Shown: positions 48,801-62,510 of the stretch, one piece after another
Layout of the letters: each line of letters begins with the position of its first letter
How positions within the stretch are numbered: the first letter of the stretch is position 1
Source: Phoronis australis
Lineage: Eukaryota > Animalia > Phoronida
Direction: 5' to 3'
Assembly: GCA_002633005.1 (NCBI GenBank)
Contig: NMRA01000007.1
Location: forward strand, 305,461 to 369,460
DNA: 64,000 nt
Translations under genes and position numbers: made by a program
The notes under the pieces: model-generated
What the model was told of the DNA's origin: nothing
Database searches by the model: none
The model's input: the letters and a program-made list of their open reading frames with translations, nothing else

Positions 48801-51800
48801 TTAGAAGACTGAACTTGGTTTTATGAAAACACAATATCCAAAAATATAACTTAATTACACACAATGAGTTGGTAACTCAATTCACAACCAATGCGCACAA
48901 GTTTGTAATTTTATGGTTGCCCAACACCAATAAACTCTGGAGAATTTTCTTGAATTCTTGATGGTTGCAATGTTCTTGTTGGTAATGGAAACAGAATCCT
49001 ATCACACTAAGGAATATCATTCAACTGATTTTACGAAAGCAACAAGCCTAACTCAAGTTTTTTGGCAGCTAAACTGGCTGAAACACAATATGTTTTAAAT
49101 ATGGTCCTATATGTAGCTTTAAATAAAACAACAAACTCAAAAACTGCCTAATCTTGATAAAAGGCATATTTGAGTCTCATGCACTCAGTATGCAGCACCC
49201 TCTCCATCACAAAATACAAAACTTTAAAACAAAGAGCTCACAAATTATTTATGACTAGTGATTACATCACCCATGGATTTTTGTACAGAGACAGAGGTGT
49301 GGTCTAAGCACACCATGGCCCCGCCTAATCTGTCACTCATCTTTACCTGGCAGTACAAAGCTACTAGCAGGAAGCTGCATTGAAATGTTGGCTGGTTTGT
49401 TGGCCGACGTCCCTGGAGGGGCGCTTGTGCTGGCAGAGGGTAGGTAGGTGGTTACTGACAAGGTCTGGGGCACGGAACTTGATTGGGGGTAGCTGTCACG
49501 GTTTTGGTTGATAAAAAATGGCTTTGGAACATTCTGTTCAGGAGACTGAAACAATACAAATAATCAATCATCAAGGACTGGCTTGTCATGCAAATAAACA
49601 GAACACTCAATCTATTTGTGTTTCTTAAGTACTACTTATGCAGAGCAGCCCCATGCAATTCCATTTGTTTACAATCTCCAATCTTCCGTAGGTGCCCACA
49701 AGACACAATGCAAAAATAAATTTACAACTAATGAAAGCTTTAGCAAATGTCCTTTTATGAAATCTACTCAATACAAACCAAGGCAATAACAGACTGAATA
49801 TTCATAACCTTTACTTTTGCCGAGAATTTTGACAAAATAAATTTTTATTTGCATGCCATATTGTGAGCTAAATAGGTGACAAATTGCCATACCCATTGCC
49901 TTTTCCCACTATGTTAAATCCACTAAAAAGGGCAAAAAGCATTTCAACTTTTCCGTTTGGTAGTTAATCAACTGACTCCAAAAGTTTTCACTTAGAGGTG
50001 CTTATGTTTACAAAGATATCACAAGGTGGCACTGCGATAAAAGTGAATCAAGGATGAGTTCAAAGTTCATGGTGTGAAGGCAGTGGATCATTTACAGATA
50101 CTTCGGCTTCACTGGACAAGCAATGGTGTTTTTCCAAAAAATACACTTTTCTTGGGCATATCAAAAAAGTTTGAGCTGATGGCGAAAATTGATGATGGCA
50201 TTTTCTTCTTTAAATTAAGTAGTGGGCANAACCAAGGCAATAACAGACTGAATATTCATAACCTTTACTTTTGCCGAGAATTTTGACAAAATAAATTTTT
50301 ATTTGCATGCCATATTGTGAGCTAAATAGGTGACAAATTGCCATACCCATTGCCTTTTCCCACTATGTTAAATCCACTAAAAAGGGCAAAAAGCATTTCA
50401 ACTTTTCCGTTTGGTAGTTAATCAACTGACTCCAAAAGTTTTCACTTAGAGGTGCTTATGTTTACAAAGATATCACAAGGTGGCACTGCGATAAAAGTGA
50501 ATCAAGGATGAGTTCAAAGTTCATGGTGTGAAGACAGTGGATCATTTACAGATACTTCGGCTTCACTGGACAAGCAATGGTGTTTTTCCAAAAAATACAC
50601 TTTTCTTGGGCATATCAAAAAAGTTTGAACTGATGGCAAAAATTGATGATGGCATTTTCTTCTTTAAATTAAGTAGAGGGCACAGGTTTCAAAATGAGTC
50701 GGGGTACAGCAACCAGCGCCGAGGGTCTAATCTATCTACACAAAATTATTTTTTACTACTTTAGAGGAAGCTCTGAAGATCATTCTCTATTATTATATTT
50801 TGCACTTGATGACCCTAGTTTTAAAGCTCTAAGTATGAATCTACAGTGGCTGATTTAGAGGGAGGGGGCAAGGGGGCCAATTCCCCCCCTAAAATTCTCC
50901 CAGATTCCATTTGGCAGTTCGGGGGTGCGAATGTCTGACGGGCAAAATCCTGGTTAATACTCTGTCCTGCCCCCTCCCCCAACTCAAAATCCTAGATCCG
51001 CCCCTAATCTGAACTTGAAATCTCGAGTTTTGAAAACTCAAGTTTGAATGAGTTCAAATCCAGGGGTCATCAAGTGCAAAACTGGGCTAGACACTCATCT
51101 CAAGTTGTACTTAAGTATAACAGGAAATATCAAAAATATTTTCGAGTTTAAGTTCAAGTTCAGAAATCAGAAACCGGTCCGCAAACCAACATTGCTTCAT
51201 TGCCTGTTAAATGAAATGAAATGAAGTGCTTTTTGTTGAAAAATAATGAATATTTGAACTAAAGCACGAGCTGCTGACAAATCCCGTCAATGATTGATGA
51301 TATCAAATAAATGTTTGGTGAATTTGTGGATTTATGCAAACACTGAATGAGCTTTCATCTACTATTTTATCTTAATAACTAATTCAATATTTAGATTTGA
51401 TACATACCGAGAGCAAACCCTTCTATGTTGAATTACTAATATTACAGAAAACAAGTAGGGACCTGTTATGCAATACCCCTAATTTAAATGCTAAGGCTCT
51501 ATTCATTTCCACTGAAATAATAAGAACTGGGTGTTCAGATATATTATTATACAAGAACAACTGGGTCGTTGATGCATGCCGACTGTGTGCATCACCTATA
51601 GCACAGATGGGGGGCTTATCATTATTTCAAACTTTCCCACTAAATGGAGTAGTGCTAAAAGGGGGTGCAAAGCAAACCAGCAATACTCTCTTCAATAGGA
51701 ACACACCAGGTACGAGCAAGCTAATACATTATGATTCTTCATACAATTTGAATAAAAAGGCCACTAGAGGCACAACATAGGCCAAATCCATCTGAAACAG

Positions 51801-54800
51801 CTGCGGTTGTGCTGCCATCTGCATAACTAGGTAAATTATTTGCAAAATTTTATGAACATCCATCAAGGAACTCCATACATATCAAGACAAATCCGAAGAA
51901 AAAAAATGCCACTAGGGGACTGAGCAGTTGTTGGAGTTATGACCAAAAATTCAGTCATGCCATTTGAAATGACATGAAAAGATCATAACTACACAACACA
52001 AACATCCATGTAGAGATTTTGGAGATACATCAGCGACAGACACCGAACGGCCATTAATTATCTTATTCAAATATTTATCATGCTTTCCTAACAATTAACC
52101 TGGCATTAAGACTTGGAAACATCCTTCAGAGAGCTGTTTCAATGATCAAATTTGTAGTGAAATTTGATAGTAAACTGACAGGCACTCTGCAGGCTGTCAA
52201 TATCAGCTGTAATGCATGTGTCCTTTGTCTCTCCACAACTCTATCCAGAGGAAGTTGACCCATTCATTAGGCTGATGGGCTAATTGCTTTACATTATAAC
52301 ATCTCATTAACTGCAACAGGCTCAGGGACCATACAGTCAATTTCACACACCAAGCTGGAAAACGAATTAAGCAACTGAAATTAATGAATGGAGGTTTGTC
52401 TTGACTCAATTTCTAAACTAGTCAACTTGAAGCAAAGCTTTTAATTATTAATAGTTAGTACAAAGCCATTAGTTGCTTCAAGAAAGGAAAACAAAATAGC
52501 AATGGCTTTCCGAAGTGAACCCAAGCATTTTACAATACAGCAATTCTTCATGGAAGTTGGAAAAAACAACTGCTCAATTAACTTAACGGTTCATTTTGAT
52601 TTCAAATAGTCACTATTTGTGCAGCTTGGCAACAGTTACACAAGTTTAAAATGTTGACTTGAGCAAAGAATTTTTTGAAAGCTTGTTTCAATGAAGAATT
52701 TTAAATTTTCTCAGCAACCTAGTAATATTGTTTCTACTCTACTTTTAGAACAGTATAATGTCCCCAATTCAAAGTTCAGCAAAAACTGTCAAGAGCCGTC
52801 AACTAATTGGACATTTCTCCACATATCCTGCCCATCTGAAGTGGATGCAGGCCATTAACAGCAGAGGGTTCCTAAAATAAACAGGATCTCCGGTTTCACC
52901 ACGCACCAAACTGGCAGGCAGCCATGCCATATATGGCCAACACTGCCTTAAGAATCTGTTAACTAAATGTAAACACATACAAATGAGCAATGAGAGCAGC
53001 ATACCAGAGCACAAATAAGGGTGACCTCCAGCCAAACCTGGCTCATCCCATCACTAATTTGGCAGCTGTCTCATAAAACCATACCATATGTTGGTATTTG
53101 CCAGATTCCAACTTGGTGCTCACAGCCAAATACAAACAATTCTATGTGGATGGAAATTTTGGTTCCTGCAGAAACAAAAACGATCTCGTGAAATTATACA
53201 AGAAATTTGAAGTCATGATAAATACATCGGCTTTCTTGTTGATTTGATATTTTGAAATTCATTCTCCATCTGGGACACAGACTCAGAGTTCAACAATTTT
53301 CATTCTCTGATACATATATTCTAATAATGACTTTAATTGTTGAAAATTAATGCTTTAACAAAACGGCTTACTAGGATTTTAAACCTCTTACAAATGGTTT
53401 CATTCCAGAAAACACTATTTGCAAAAAATTTTGGGATAACAAATTGTTTTGTGAGCTTCCGCTCAATAAATGGACACCAAAAAATAAAGGTGCATATACA
53501 TGTAGGCTCTAACTTAAAAATCAGACTTTCAAGACTCAAAAAATTCACCAACTCACTAAAATTCTATGCAGCACATCCCTGTTGATCGCAACAAAATCAT
53601 GTTGCAAAATGGAATTTCAAGAAATCAGAAAACTAGCAATGCTCTTTTTAATTTGAAATGGAGCACATAAAGAAAATTCATTGAAACCCTAAATTCTACA
53701 TACAGAACTTCTACAGTCATTCATCGCTCGTTTAGCACACATTATGGCCGACAAATGACTTTTTCACTCGATTTAACACAATAATTTTAGTAAAAATTAA
53801 ATACTAACATCATTCACAGATAAAACAGACTGAGTGACTAGCTGTTGTCCTGCTTTCTGGTGGTGCAGGTGCAACATTTTGAAAGAATTTTTTAAAATCA
53901 CTGTTTTCACTACAATATTGTGTAGTGGTGGATTTAAAGGGGGGCCAAAGGGGGCCATGCCACCACCACCACCCCCTCCCCCCAAATTCTCCCAGATTCC
54001 ATTTGGCAGTTTGAGAGTGCGAATGTCTGACCGGCAAAATCCTGGCTAATACTCTGCCCTGGCTCCCCCTTAACTTAAAATCCTGGATCCGCCCCTGTTG
54101 TGGATGAAAAAACGCAACTCTTTGAGAGAAAGCTATTGACTTCACACTAAGAAATTAGAGCCACGTGAAAATGCTTAATCAGTGTTTTTGATTGTTTTAT
54201 CAATTTTCTGTAGACAAAAAACACTATAAAAATGAAACCTGTGAACAGAAAACCAACAGAAANTTGCAAAAAATTTTGGGATAACAAATTGTTTTGTGAG
54301 CTTCCGCTCAATAAATGGACACCAAAAAATAAAGGTGCATATACATGTAGGCTCTAACTTAAAAATCAGACTTTCAAGACTCAAAAAATTCACCAACTCA
54401 CTAAAATTCTATGCAGCACATCCCTGTTGATCGCAACAAAATCATGTTGCAAAATGGAATTTCAAGAAATCAGAAAACTAGCAATGCTCTTTTTAATTTG
54501 AAATGGAGCACATAAAGAAAATTCATTGAAACCCTAAATTCTACATACAGAACTTCTACAGTCATTCATCGCTCGTTTAGCACACATTATGGCCGACAAA
54601 TGACTTTTTCACTCGATTTAACACAATAATTTTAGTAAAAATTAAATACTAACATCATTCACAGATAAAACAGACTGAGTGACTAGCTGTTGTCCTGCTT
54701 TCTGGTGGTGCAGGTGCAACATTTTCAAAGAATTTTTTAAAATCACTGTTTTCACTACAATATTGTGTAGTGGTGGATTTAAAGGGGGGCCAAAGGGGGC

Positions 54801-57800
54801 CATGCCACCACCACCCCCTCCCCCCCAAATTCTCCCAGATTCCATTTGGCAGTTTGAGAGTGCGAATGTCTGACCGGAAAAATCCTGGCTAATACTCTGC
54901 CCTGGCTCCCCCTTAACTTAAAATCCTGGATCCGCCCCTGTTGTGGATGAAAAAACGCAACTCTTTGAGAGAAAGCTATTGACTTCACACTAAGAAATAA
55001 GAGCCACGTGAAAATGCTTAATCAGTGTTTTTGATTGTTTTATCAATTTTCTGTAGACAAAAAAACACTCTAAAATGAAACCTGTGAACAGAAAACCAAC
55101 AGAAAATGTAACAATTGTGTTTTACCATCATGTAGTACATAGAAAAAAGTCCAAATATGGCTAACATCGGAACATCATATCTCAGCAATGGCTGCCAAGA
55201 TTCATATGAAACTTTCAGACAATATGTTTTTGCACTGCTTTTCAAAATATCGTTAGGATTTGATTCACAATATTGCACTTTTGCACGAGGAGATATCAAA
55301 ACAGGAGTTTTGACATTTTCGTGGAAAAATTTAAAGTGGCATTCAAACGAAAACGAACAATATTTTACAAAATGATAATAGCATTTTGAGATCTCAACTT
55401 GGACATTAATATCAAATAAAATTTGATCAAGACATATTATTGATGCTGTTGTTTTGCTTTCAATGCATCTTTATTTTTCACGAAATTTTACTAAAAAGAT
55501 GTGGTCATGTGACTCAATGGTAGATATAAATGTGAAAATCAAATTCTACAAGCTTTACTTTCAGAAAATATATACTTTAACTGAGTTGAAATCTATAGTT
55601 TTGTATATATTTGACTAAATACAAAGACTTGCTAATAAAGACTAACTGACTGAAATTGTAACTCTTTCAATACTTGCAACTGTTAAGTAATCACTACCAC
55701 TCACACCCACAGTTAAAACACTCTTGTTGCCATAGTTCATGGTTTCAGTGGCTAGTTGCCAGTGGTACTACTTTCAGGTTCACACCATCTAGTGTGGCCT
55801 TGGTTAGCCATTTTTTCCAACGAGATCTGACAGCAGTGCCACTCTCTGAGTAATAACTTTTGCAAGTTGCGACAGATACAACCTCTGGCTAAACCACCCC
55901 AAACAAAAGGTTATAACAGCACTACAGTTACAACACTTTCAAAGGGTTCAGACAGAGAGTTATAACTGATTGAGTGTTATAAGATCCAACACCTACACAA
56001 CCTTACAGAATCATGTGACTTCTTTTCATTGTCAGCCATATAATTCAACAGGACAGCTTTTGTCAAAGTCACAGTAGCTAATGCTATAAGATTTTTCTTT
56101 CAGTTACAAATTAACAAACCATAACTCATTAAAGGGATTTTTAAATTAAAAGAATAGTTTGTAAGATGCAAATTTCATTTATACTTGCTTTTAAGTTTTG
56201 TGATCTAACAGTTTTCTAAGACTTGGAAAAGCAGATTTTTTCCAGTTCAAGACCTTTGCCTAGAATACCAGTGTATACTACCTCCAATCAAGGAGCATAA
56301 ACTATCTTCAAGAGCCACAATTTAAATAAGGGCAGTTGAGTATCTGGTACCACCACTCTTAATTCGTATCAATCACAATAAATTTCACAAAAAGGACTAG
56401 CAACGATAAAACTTGATGTGTGGACTCTGAAAGGCATCAACTAAAGAACTGAGAAATGATCACAATTATTATTTTAGAGAAAGGCATTTTTCTTATGAAA
56501 AATTCCTCATTTTAGACACAGTGTATTAAGCATTACTCAGTGAATAAATGTTATTTGTTTCGAAACTTGACAGAAATCAACCCCAGCATAAATAATTACT
56601 GGTGTTCAAAATTATGAAACGTTACCAGCTACAAGAAAGAGCAAAAAGGCCGTCTTTAACAATATGTGAGTGAAAACACACTTTAAAGCTGTCGATTCTT
56701 TTCATAATTGGCGGCCAACAAAAATATCATATGTAATTGGTTCTGGTCTACGCCCCATTTGGACACCTACGCCTTGCAGTTTAAAGAAAAAAATATACCG
56801 CGCAACACCCATCAATTCTCTAAAACAGAACCAACTATGGCTTTTAAGTCAAACTTCAAGTCTGTCAAGGGATCTTGGGACAGTTGGTGAGCAAGACTCG
56901 ACTCAATGAAGCAGACTCCGTGTATTTAGGTAAAAAAGAAACACAAAACATCAGTGGACTGATACTGGCTATTTGCAGTTGGGATCAAACCTGTAGTGTC
57001 TTAATAAGTTATAAAGCAGCTGCTGTTTTTACAGGGCCCCCACAGTCGCCACTTGCCTTAGGGGAAAGGTGCCTGTGCCTTCAGAGAGGGAACTTTTTGG
57101 TAGAGGAGAAAATATAGAAATGCATGTGAGATCAACCAATAAGCAGAGTTGATTCTGGCCTTCGTTGTCGATTTTTCAATACTGAGGTGATGGAGTGGTA
57201 ATTTTTGATAGGTCATTTTTTATTTCAAAAAATCCACCTGAGACGAGCAAAAATTATGCCAATATTTTACAATGAAATCAGTTTCACTAGGAAAGAATAG
57301 CAGCACTCGTGCCAGTAGTCAAAGGTCCCCTTTTCCATCACTGTTGGTGACAGAAAACATGGAAATGGCACCCTAATCCATTCCATTGTGTTGGCAAATG
57401 GCGATTATAACGTTTATTAGAACAACAGATTTCACAAACAACAGATTTTGTTACTGCAAGAATAATGATTTATTTGCTCCTACTACCTTCCTCACGAATG
57501 GTAATTCTCCATGTATTTAGCACATTCACCTCATTTCGCACATCCTAAATTATTTATAAAATAATATTCCGTCCTTCACTTATTTTGCATGAGGCTACTC
57601 AGTACTCCACCTAAATCAGTTTTCCACTCAGGGAAATATGAACTCAAAGCCCTTTGAGTACATCTAAGTAATCCACACCTCTTAAGCTATGTTAATAAGA
57701 TCTGAACATTGTATATTCACCAATTAATTCATCCCTTCATGCCAGATATCTCATGTTGTAAGCACTTATGCTGTTCTAAGCATGAGGTGAAAGGGGAGAC

Positions 57801-60800
57801 CTGGATGAATGACATGTCACTAAGCCCCATTTATATGAGGTGCACCGAGCAGCTGACATGGACTGACATGGCTGACATGGACCAAATTGATAACGCGGCA
57901 GCCATTTTCGTCACTGGTTTGAGAGGTATGGCAAGTTCCGCTTGATCAGTTTCAATTACATGTCTAAACACAAACTAGGGCAAGGCAGAATGGATTATCT
58001 TTTATTGTGCTTGTGCAATAGCGTGCCTATGGGTGACCACAGTTTTAGACGTTCGCCAAGGTTAAGCGAACAAGCAGACTGTCTTCGTATCACTGACTTC
58101 CGTGCTGCTCCAGTTTGCAATAAATATGACTGAATTGGAGTAGCCTGCACCATGACCACTTGTGCCAGGACAACTTGTGCCGTGGCAAGTGCTCCTTGTG
58201 TAAAAACGGTTTAAGATTCATATGCTCAAAAGATTATGGGGTAAAGTACTCCTATATTGGAACAGGATTAAGCAACTTAATTACTGTTAATTGGATCACA
58301 TTGGCAACTTTTAGACCACATTTCATTAAGTTCACAGACAAGCAGTTGGCAATACATGGTTACTCAATTAATTTTGCATAGCCATCAACTACAAAGTCTG
58401 TATGTTTGCCGGATTCCAAAAATATAATTCATTTTGAGAAAAAATTAGTGGAGACCCACCATGTGCCTCAACTTGGAGGCTGCCAAATTTCTACAGGAGC
58501 ATCCCTTAAATAATTTGAATTTCCATTGTAAGCGTTTTATCCAAATTTAGGTCATTTCACTTAATTTGCGTAACCACCAACTGAAACTACGTTGCATGCG
58601 CGCACCCAGCCTTCACCATGGGGGGGCTCGAATTTCTGACGTTGTGGACCTTTTGGTAACAACGGACTAAAAAAAAAAAACGGGAGCACCACTGCGAATT
58701 GCGAGTTTGCGCTTATTTAGGGACTTTTGTTCCATTTTGTCAGACTTTTTGCTTCTCAGGGGCGGACCTTTTTGCCCATTTCACCAAATGAGGGGCTCAT
58801 TCGAGCCCCCCCTGGGTGCGCGCATGCGTTGCTATCACTTGTCAAGGTTAACTCCATATTCACTTTTATGTAATTGAAGCTATCTCGGTATTATTATTAC
58901 AATTTTCTTTTCCATACAAAATGCATGTTCCTGTACTCAGATATTTCAAGAGATTAACCACTTCTTTACCTTACTTTCCTCTTCATTCACAGTGCAGCTC
59001 AGTTCTGGTTCTTCAAATCCTGTAGGATTCATTCTTTGATCCACATCCGACTGTTGACCCGGGGTGACGGGAGGTGGGTCTGGTGAGTTCAAGCATGTCT
59101 GAATCAATGCTTTTCCACTCTCACTGGTTATCATTGGCTGAAGTTTGCGCGTGGCAAAAGTATACACGTGACCCGTCTCGCTGGCGACAAGTAACATAAC
59201 TTGTGTTCCTGTCAAGGTGGACAGTTCATAGGCCTAGGAATGCACATATTGTAATGTAATGTAATGTCAGCCTTCATAAAATCTCACAAAAATGATTAAG
59301 AAAACCGACCAAATTTCCTCTTTCAAGAGCCAAACATCATTATGAATACCAACTGTTTCAAAATACTATACCACGCGCGCACCCAGGGGGAGCTCGGGGG
59401 CTCATTCATTGGCGAAGTGGGCAAAAAGGTTCACCCCAAGAAACAAAAAGTCAGGAATTCGAGCCTCCCCATATTGGAGGCTGTGTGCGCGCATGTATAC
59501 TTTTATACTTATAATTATTTACCACAACGTTGGCTGAAGAATGAACTTTGACTTTGCCAACTTTCGACAGAAAGATAACGGTTAAGAACATTTCAGCCAG
59601 TTACTGGCATGGTTTGAACTGTGACGCACGTAAATGTCGCAAAACACGACTAGGTTAAGTTCCATTGTAGCAAGATAATCGGTCGAAGTTAAAAACTGGA
59701 AAATTGCAAATTTGGCAATTATTTGTGCAAAATAAGTGAAGAGTAACCTAATTGTCTGATGGTCTGGCTACGACACATAACAGATAGAACACTGTTATAT
59801 TAGTTTGAAGCAACATGCTATTCACGAAAAGAAACAAGGAAATAGAATTTCCCATGTACACCACACTGTCTCCACCAATGGTTATCGAAAACAGCTTTCT
59901 CACACCAAAGTGTTTTACACCATCATGGATAGACTCTAAAATTTAGAACACCAAAATTCAAGCCAAATTTGAATTTTGATTCTAAGGATTGGGACACGGG
60001 CAATTTTTTGGTTCATTATATTTTTCAAATATCAGACAATGCTCTTTGTATCAACAGAATCTGGAAAAAGACTTGGAAGTTTAACAAAATAAGAGTAAAT
60101 AGCCACACAATGTTTTCATGTGTCTCAATAATGTGAAGTTAATGATAGTTTGTTATTGATAGTAATCCTTAAATGTAGGATGGCCTATATTGCCTAATTT
60201 TGATACAAGCTCCGACATAGAGCAAAGTACTTGTTTTTCAGCACAATCCCAAACTGGCAAACATCTCCTGTATACAATTCTCTGGTTCGGGACAGAGCAA
60301 AAAAACTTTTATATTTCCCCAAGATCAGAAATTGTACCAAATTTTAGAAATAAACAATGTTGGCCATCCCAAATTCAAGAATTGCAATCAATCTTAACTA
60401 GGCCAAAACTACTGATTAAATTATTTTTTTCCTACATTGAGTACACTGGTTCATTGATAACAATGAAAAAAATTACCAACAAACTAAAACTTTCTGAAAA
60501 ATCATTTTGCAAGATGAATTTCCCATGTTCGTCAGTGTGCCTGTGGCTTGTCTGAAGAATTTTACAATGTATAGTTGTTTCTGAGAATTTGCAGAAATGA
60601 AGATTAGGAGGCTACAGTGTGCTGTATGAGCCATGTTTGTATTTCAGCTCAGGGGAAAATCCTGTGTTGAGGGACTAGGAGTGGACAAACAACCACATCA
60701 AAAATGTCCTGGCACTTACATTTTCACATCTTATTAATTACGTGGAGAATAAAACCATCCACCTTTGTATTATACTACTACTACTATTACTCCAACAATT

Positions 60801-61246
60801 AATTGCAAAATGTATAAAAATGTTAGATCATGTGACTTGTAAGCTTGGGTTGTGTGCCGGTGATTGACCTTCGTCAATTAATGAGTTCAGTCAGTCACTG
60901 ACTGACGGGCACAAGGGACATATACTTTAAGGATTAGACATCGAGGTCAACTCACCTTTTTCATTATTCCTGTTTTGCGTTTACTAAATGTCGTGTATCG
61001 CCTTAACTTGTTGTCAATGAATTCCATTTTAATTTTAACCCGTCCTTTTGTTTTCTTCACCGGTGGTTGCGGCAACGTTACTTTTTCGGACTCAGAATCC
61101 GAGTCATCGTCAATAATTTCACGTTTTTGACCGTTCTCTCGCGGGGCATATCCTAAGGGAAAAGCGCCCAATGAGTCAGACATTGTTGATACTTGCGTTG
61201 CACTGTGCATGCCGTTGGTCGTATCGCTTGCTATCGACGCTTGCAT
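45844..61246 (-). CDS. SRF: Serum response factor (type I MADS-box transcription factor), 8 coding exons, 412 aa
   Basis: Minus-strand exons 61246-60956, 59233-58970, 49545-49347, 48736-48626, 48334-48245, 47467-47297, 46481-46429, 45903-45844; total 1239 nt, in frame. KKTKGRVKIKMEFIDNKLRRYTTFSKRKTGIMKKAYELSTLTGTQVMLLVASETGHVYTFATRKLQPMITSESGKALIQTCLNSPD is the SRF MADS/SAM core; VMYHTPQGVVYA in the C-terminal part. Exons 3-8 rest on splice signals and phase and are less certain. Confidence 0.95.
49776..50682. repeat. 453-bp near-exact tandem duplication joined by a single N (probable assembly artefact)
   Basis: 49776-50228 versus 50230-50682, N at 50229, four substitutions seen. Confidence 0.9.
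50844..51006. mobile_element. hAT-like MITE (CAGTGGC..GCCCCTA) nested in an older inverted-repeat element
   Basis: Same internal sequence as 53923-54097; flanks ATCTA/ATCTG (4 of 5 match). The host has 18-bp inverted repeats at 50798-50815 and 51064-51081. Confidence 0.7.
52927..52936. promoter_or_regulatory. Perfect CArG box in SRF intron 2
   Basis: CCATATATGG in a GC-richer, apparently non-repetitive block (about 52800-53110) that also has E-boxes (CATCTG, CAGCTG). Confidence 0.55.
53419..55105. repeat. About 843-bp near-exact tandem duplication joined by a single N (probable assembly artefact)
   Basis: 53419-54262 versus 54264-55105, N at 54263, a few SNPs and small indels. Confidence 0.9.
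53923..54097. mobile_element. hAT-like MITE with 5-bp TSD TTGTG (repeated at about 54768-54940 by the duplication)
   Basis: TAGTGGTGGATTTA / CTGGATCCGCCCCTG termini; TTGTG at 53918-53922 and 54098-54102. Confidence 0.75.
58595..58826. mobile_element. MITE with CATGCGCGCACCCAG TIRs and 5-bp TSD CGTTG
   Basis: Perfect 15-bp TIRs; CGTTG at 58590-58594 and 58827-58831. Confidence 0.8.
59372..59495. mobile_element. Same MITE family, inverted and shorter, 5-bp TSD TATAC
   Basis: CACGCGCGCACCCAG / CTGTGTGCGCGCATG; TATAC at 59367-59371 and 59496-59500. Confidence 0.75.
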
Positions 61247-61544
61247 CCTGTAATGTACGTTTACAACGTGAACGTTTTGTACTCAATCCAATCCGCGCAT
61301 CAACCTTCTCTATTAGGAATGACCGCATTGCGTCTTCATGAGTGCGCACAAAAAAGGTCTTACTTCTTCGGAAAATTTTCATATATATACTCTTTATTTG
61401 AAATAAATGTAGCACTTTTTGAAATAACCATTGCATTTTAATATCTTTTGTGTTATGTTATTAATGGAAAGCTGGCATATTCAAAAATAGAAATGACGAA
61501 AAGTAGTAATACGCGGATGAATAAAACCTCAGTGCTCTAGATCG

Positions 61545-61595
61545 CCATATTGGGAAATTCAATGCTCCCTATATGGTGTCAAGGGCCATATATGG
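61545..61595. promoter_or_regulatory. Cluster of three CArG boxes upstream of SRF
   Basis: CCATATTGGG 61545-61554 (1 mismatch), CCCTATATGG 61567-61576 (1 mismatch) and CCATATATGG 61586-61595 (perfect CC(A/T)6GG), about 300-350 bp upstream of the SRF ATG. Confidence 0.8.
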
Positions 61596-62138
61596 GGCCA
61601 GACTGAGACCGATTCTGTAAACACAGCGCCTGAGATGGTGTGCCCGTGACTGCAGTGAATAAAACGGAGACGTGGCGGTGCTGTTGTGAATGACCGCGCT
61701 GTGTAACTGTTTGTTTGCTACGGCACTATCAATTAAAGAGACTGAAAATGAAATAATTCAGAATATTTTAGAAATATAACTGATACAATGAAATGAGTAA
61801 TCCGATCAGCGAACTGAAAGGTTTCGGGGAGCCCCTCGATCACTGAGCCGTGAGCTGGACTGCGGCACCATAGTATATGTCAAGCACCCTATCGTGCCTC
61901 TACTGACCAACAATATCCGTAGACCGTAACACCGCTTTTGTCTTACTAATTGCATTTCGAGAATCTGCAAGAGTACAGTTGTGAGTGTTTTAATTTCTGT
62001 AAGCCATGCCGCGTACGTGGCCTGCATATGTTTTAATGTCTTCAATAGACTTAGTTCTAGATACAACTGGAACTCTAATTGTAACCCTTATTTACATTAT
62101 GTCATCTTTTTGTAAATATGTGTTCTGCCTAGTCTTAT

Positions 62139-62510
62139 CATGCCATGGACGGCGCAGCACTGAAAAAAGTGGGGGCTATAGCCCCGCCCCCATTGCGCCG
62201 CCCATGCATGCGCCAGTACCGACTCGAGTTTAAAAAATGGGGTACTCGAATTTTTGAGAAAGAATGTGGACCTCAATTACTAAAATTCACGGAGTATGTT
62301 CTTCATAGCTACATAATTGTGCATTCGCCCAATTTTGGTAGTTCAACAGGGCCTGTCCAGTGCCGGCGACTTTTGTCTCAGTGGTTTTCTACATATTTGG
62401 AGTTTTGTTTTTTGTTTCTCTGATCAGGTGTACCTTTTTGCCCACTTCATCAAATGGGAGGCTCATGCAGTCGTTCGAGCCCCGAGTCCGGCTCTCTGGG
62501 TGCACGCATG
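62139..62510. mobile_element. Diverged copy of the CATGCG..CCCAG family with a 63-bp MITE (62144-62206, TSD CATGC) inserted at its left end
   Basis: Right end CTGGGTGCACGCATG; internal CTTTTTGCCCACTTCA..GGCTCAT..TTCGAGCCCC is shared with 58595-58826. Small element CATGGACGGCGCA..TGCGCCGCCCATG has a relative, inverted, at about 62774-62855. Confidence 0.6.

Noticed and set aside
53797-54988. Poly-Gly/poly-Pro ORFs
   Set aside because: They come from the G/C runs of the hAT-like MITE and its artefactual duplicate.
60887-60905. Palindrome TCAGTCAGT-C-ACTGACTGA near the SRF exon 1 donor
   Set aside because: Short and built from a tetranucleotide repeat; chance is plausible.
61804-61846. Hammerhead ribozyme-like segment on the minus strand (..TGATCGA GGGG CT CCCC GAAA..)
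   Set aside because: Lacks the CUGANGA core and a proper stem III.
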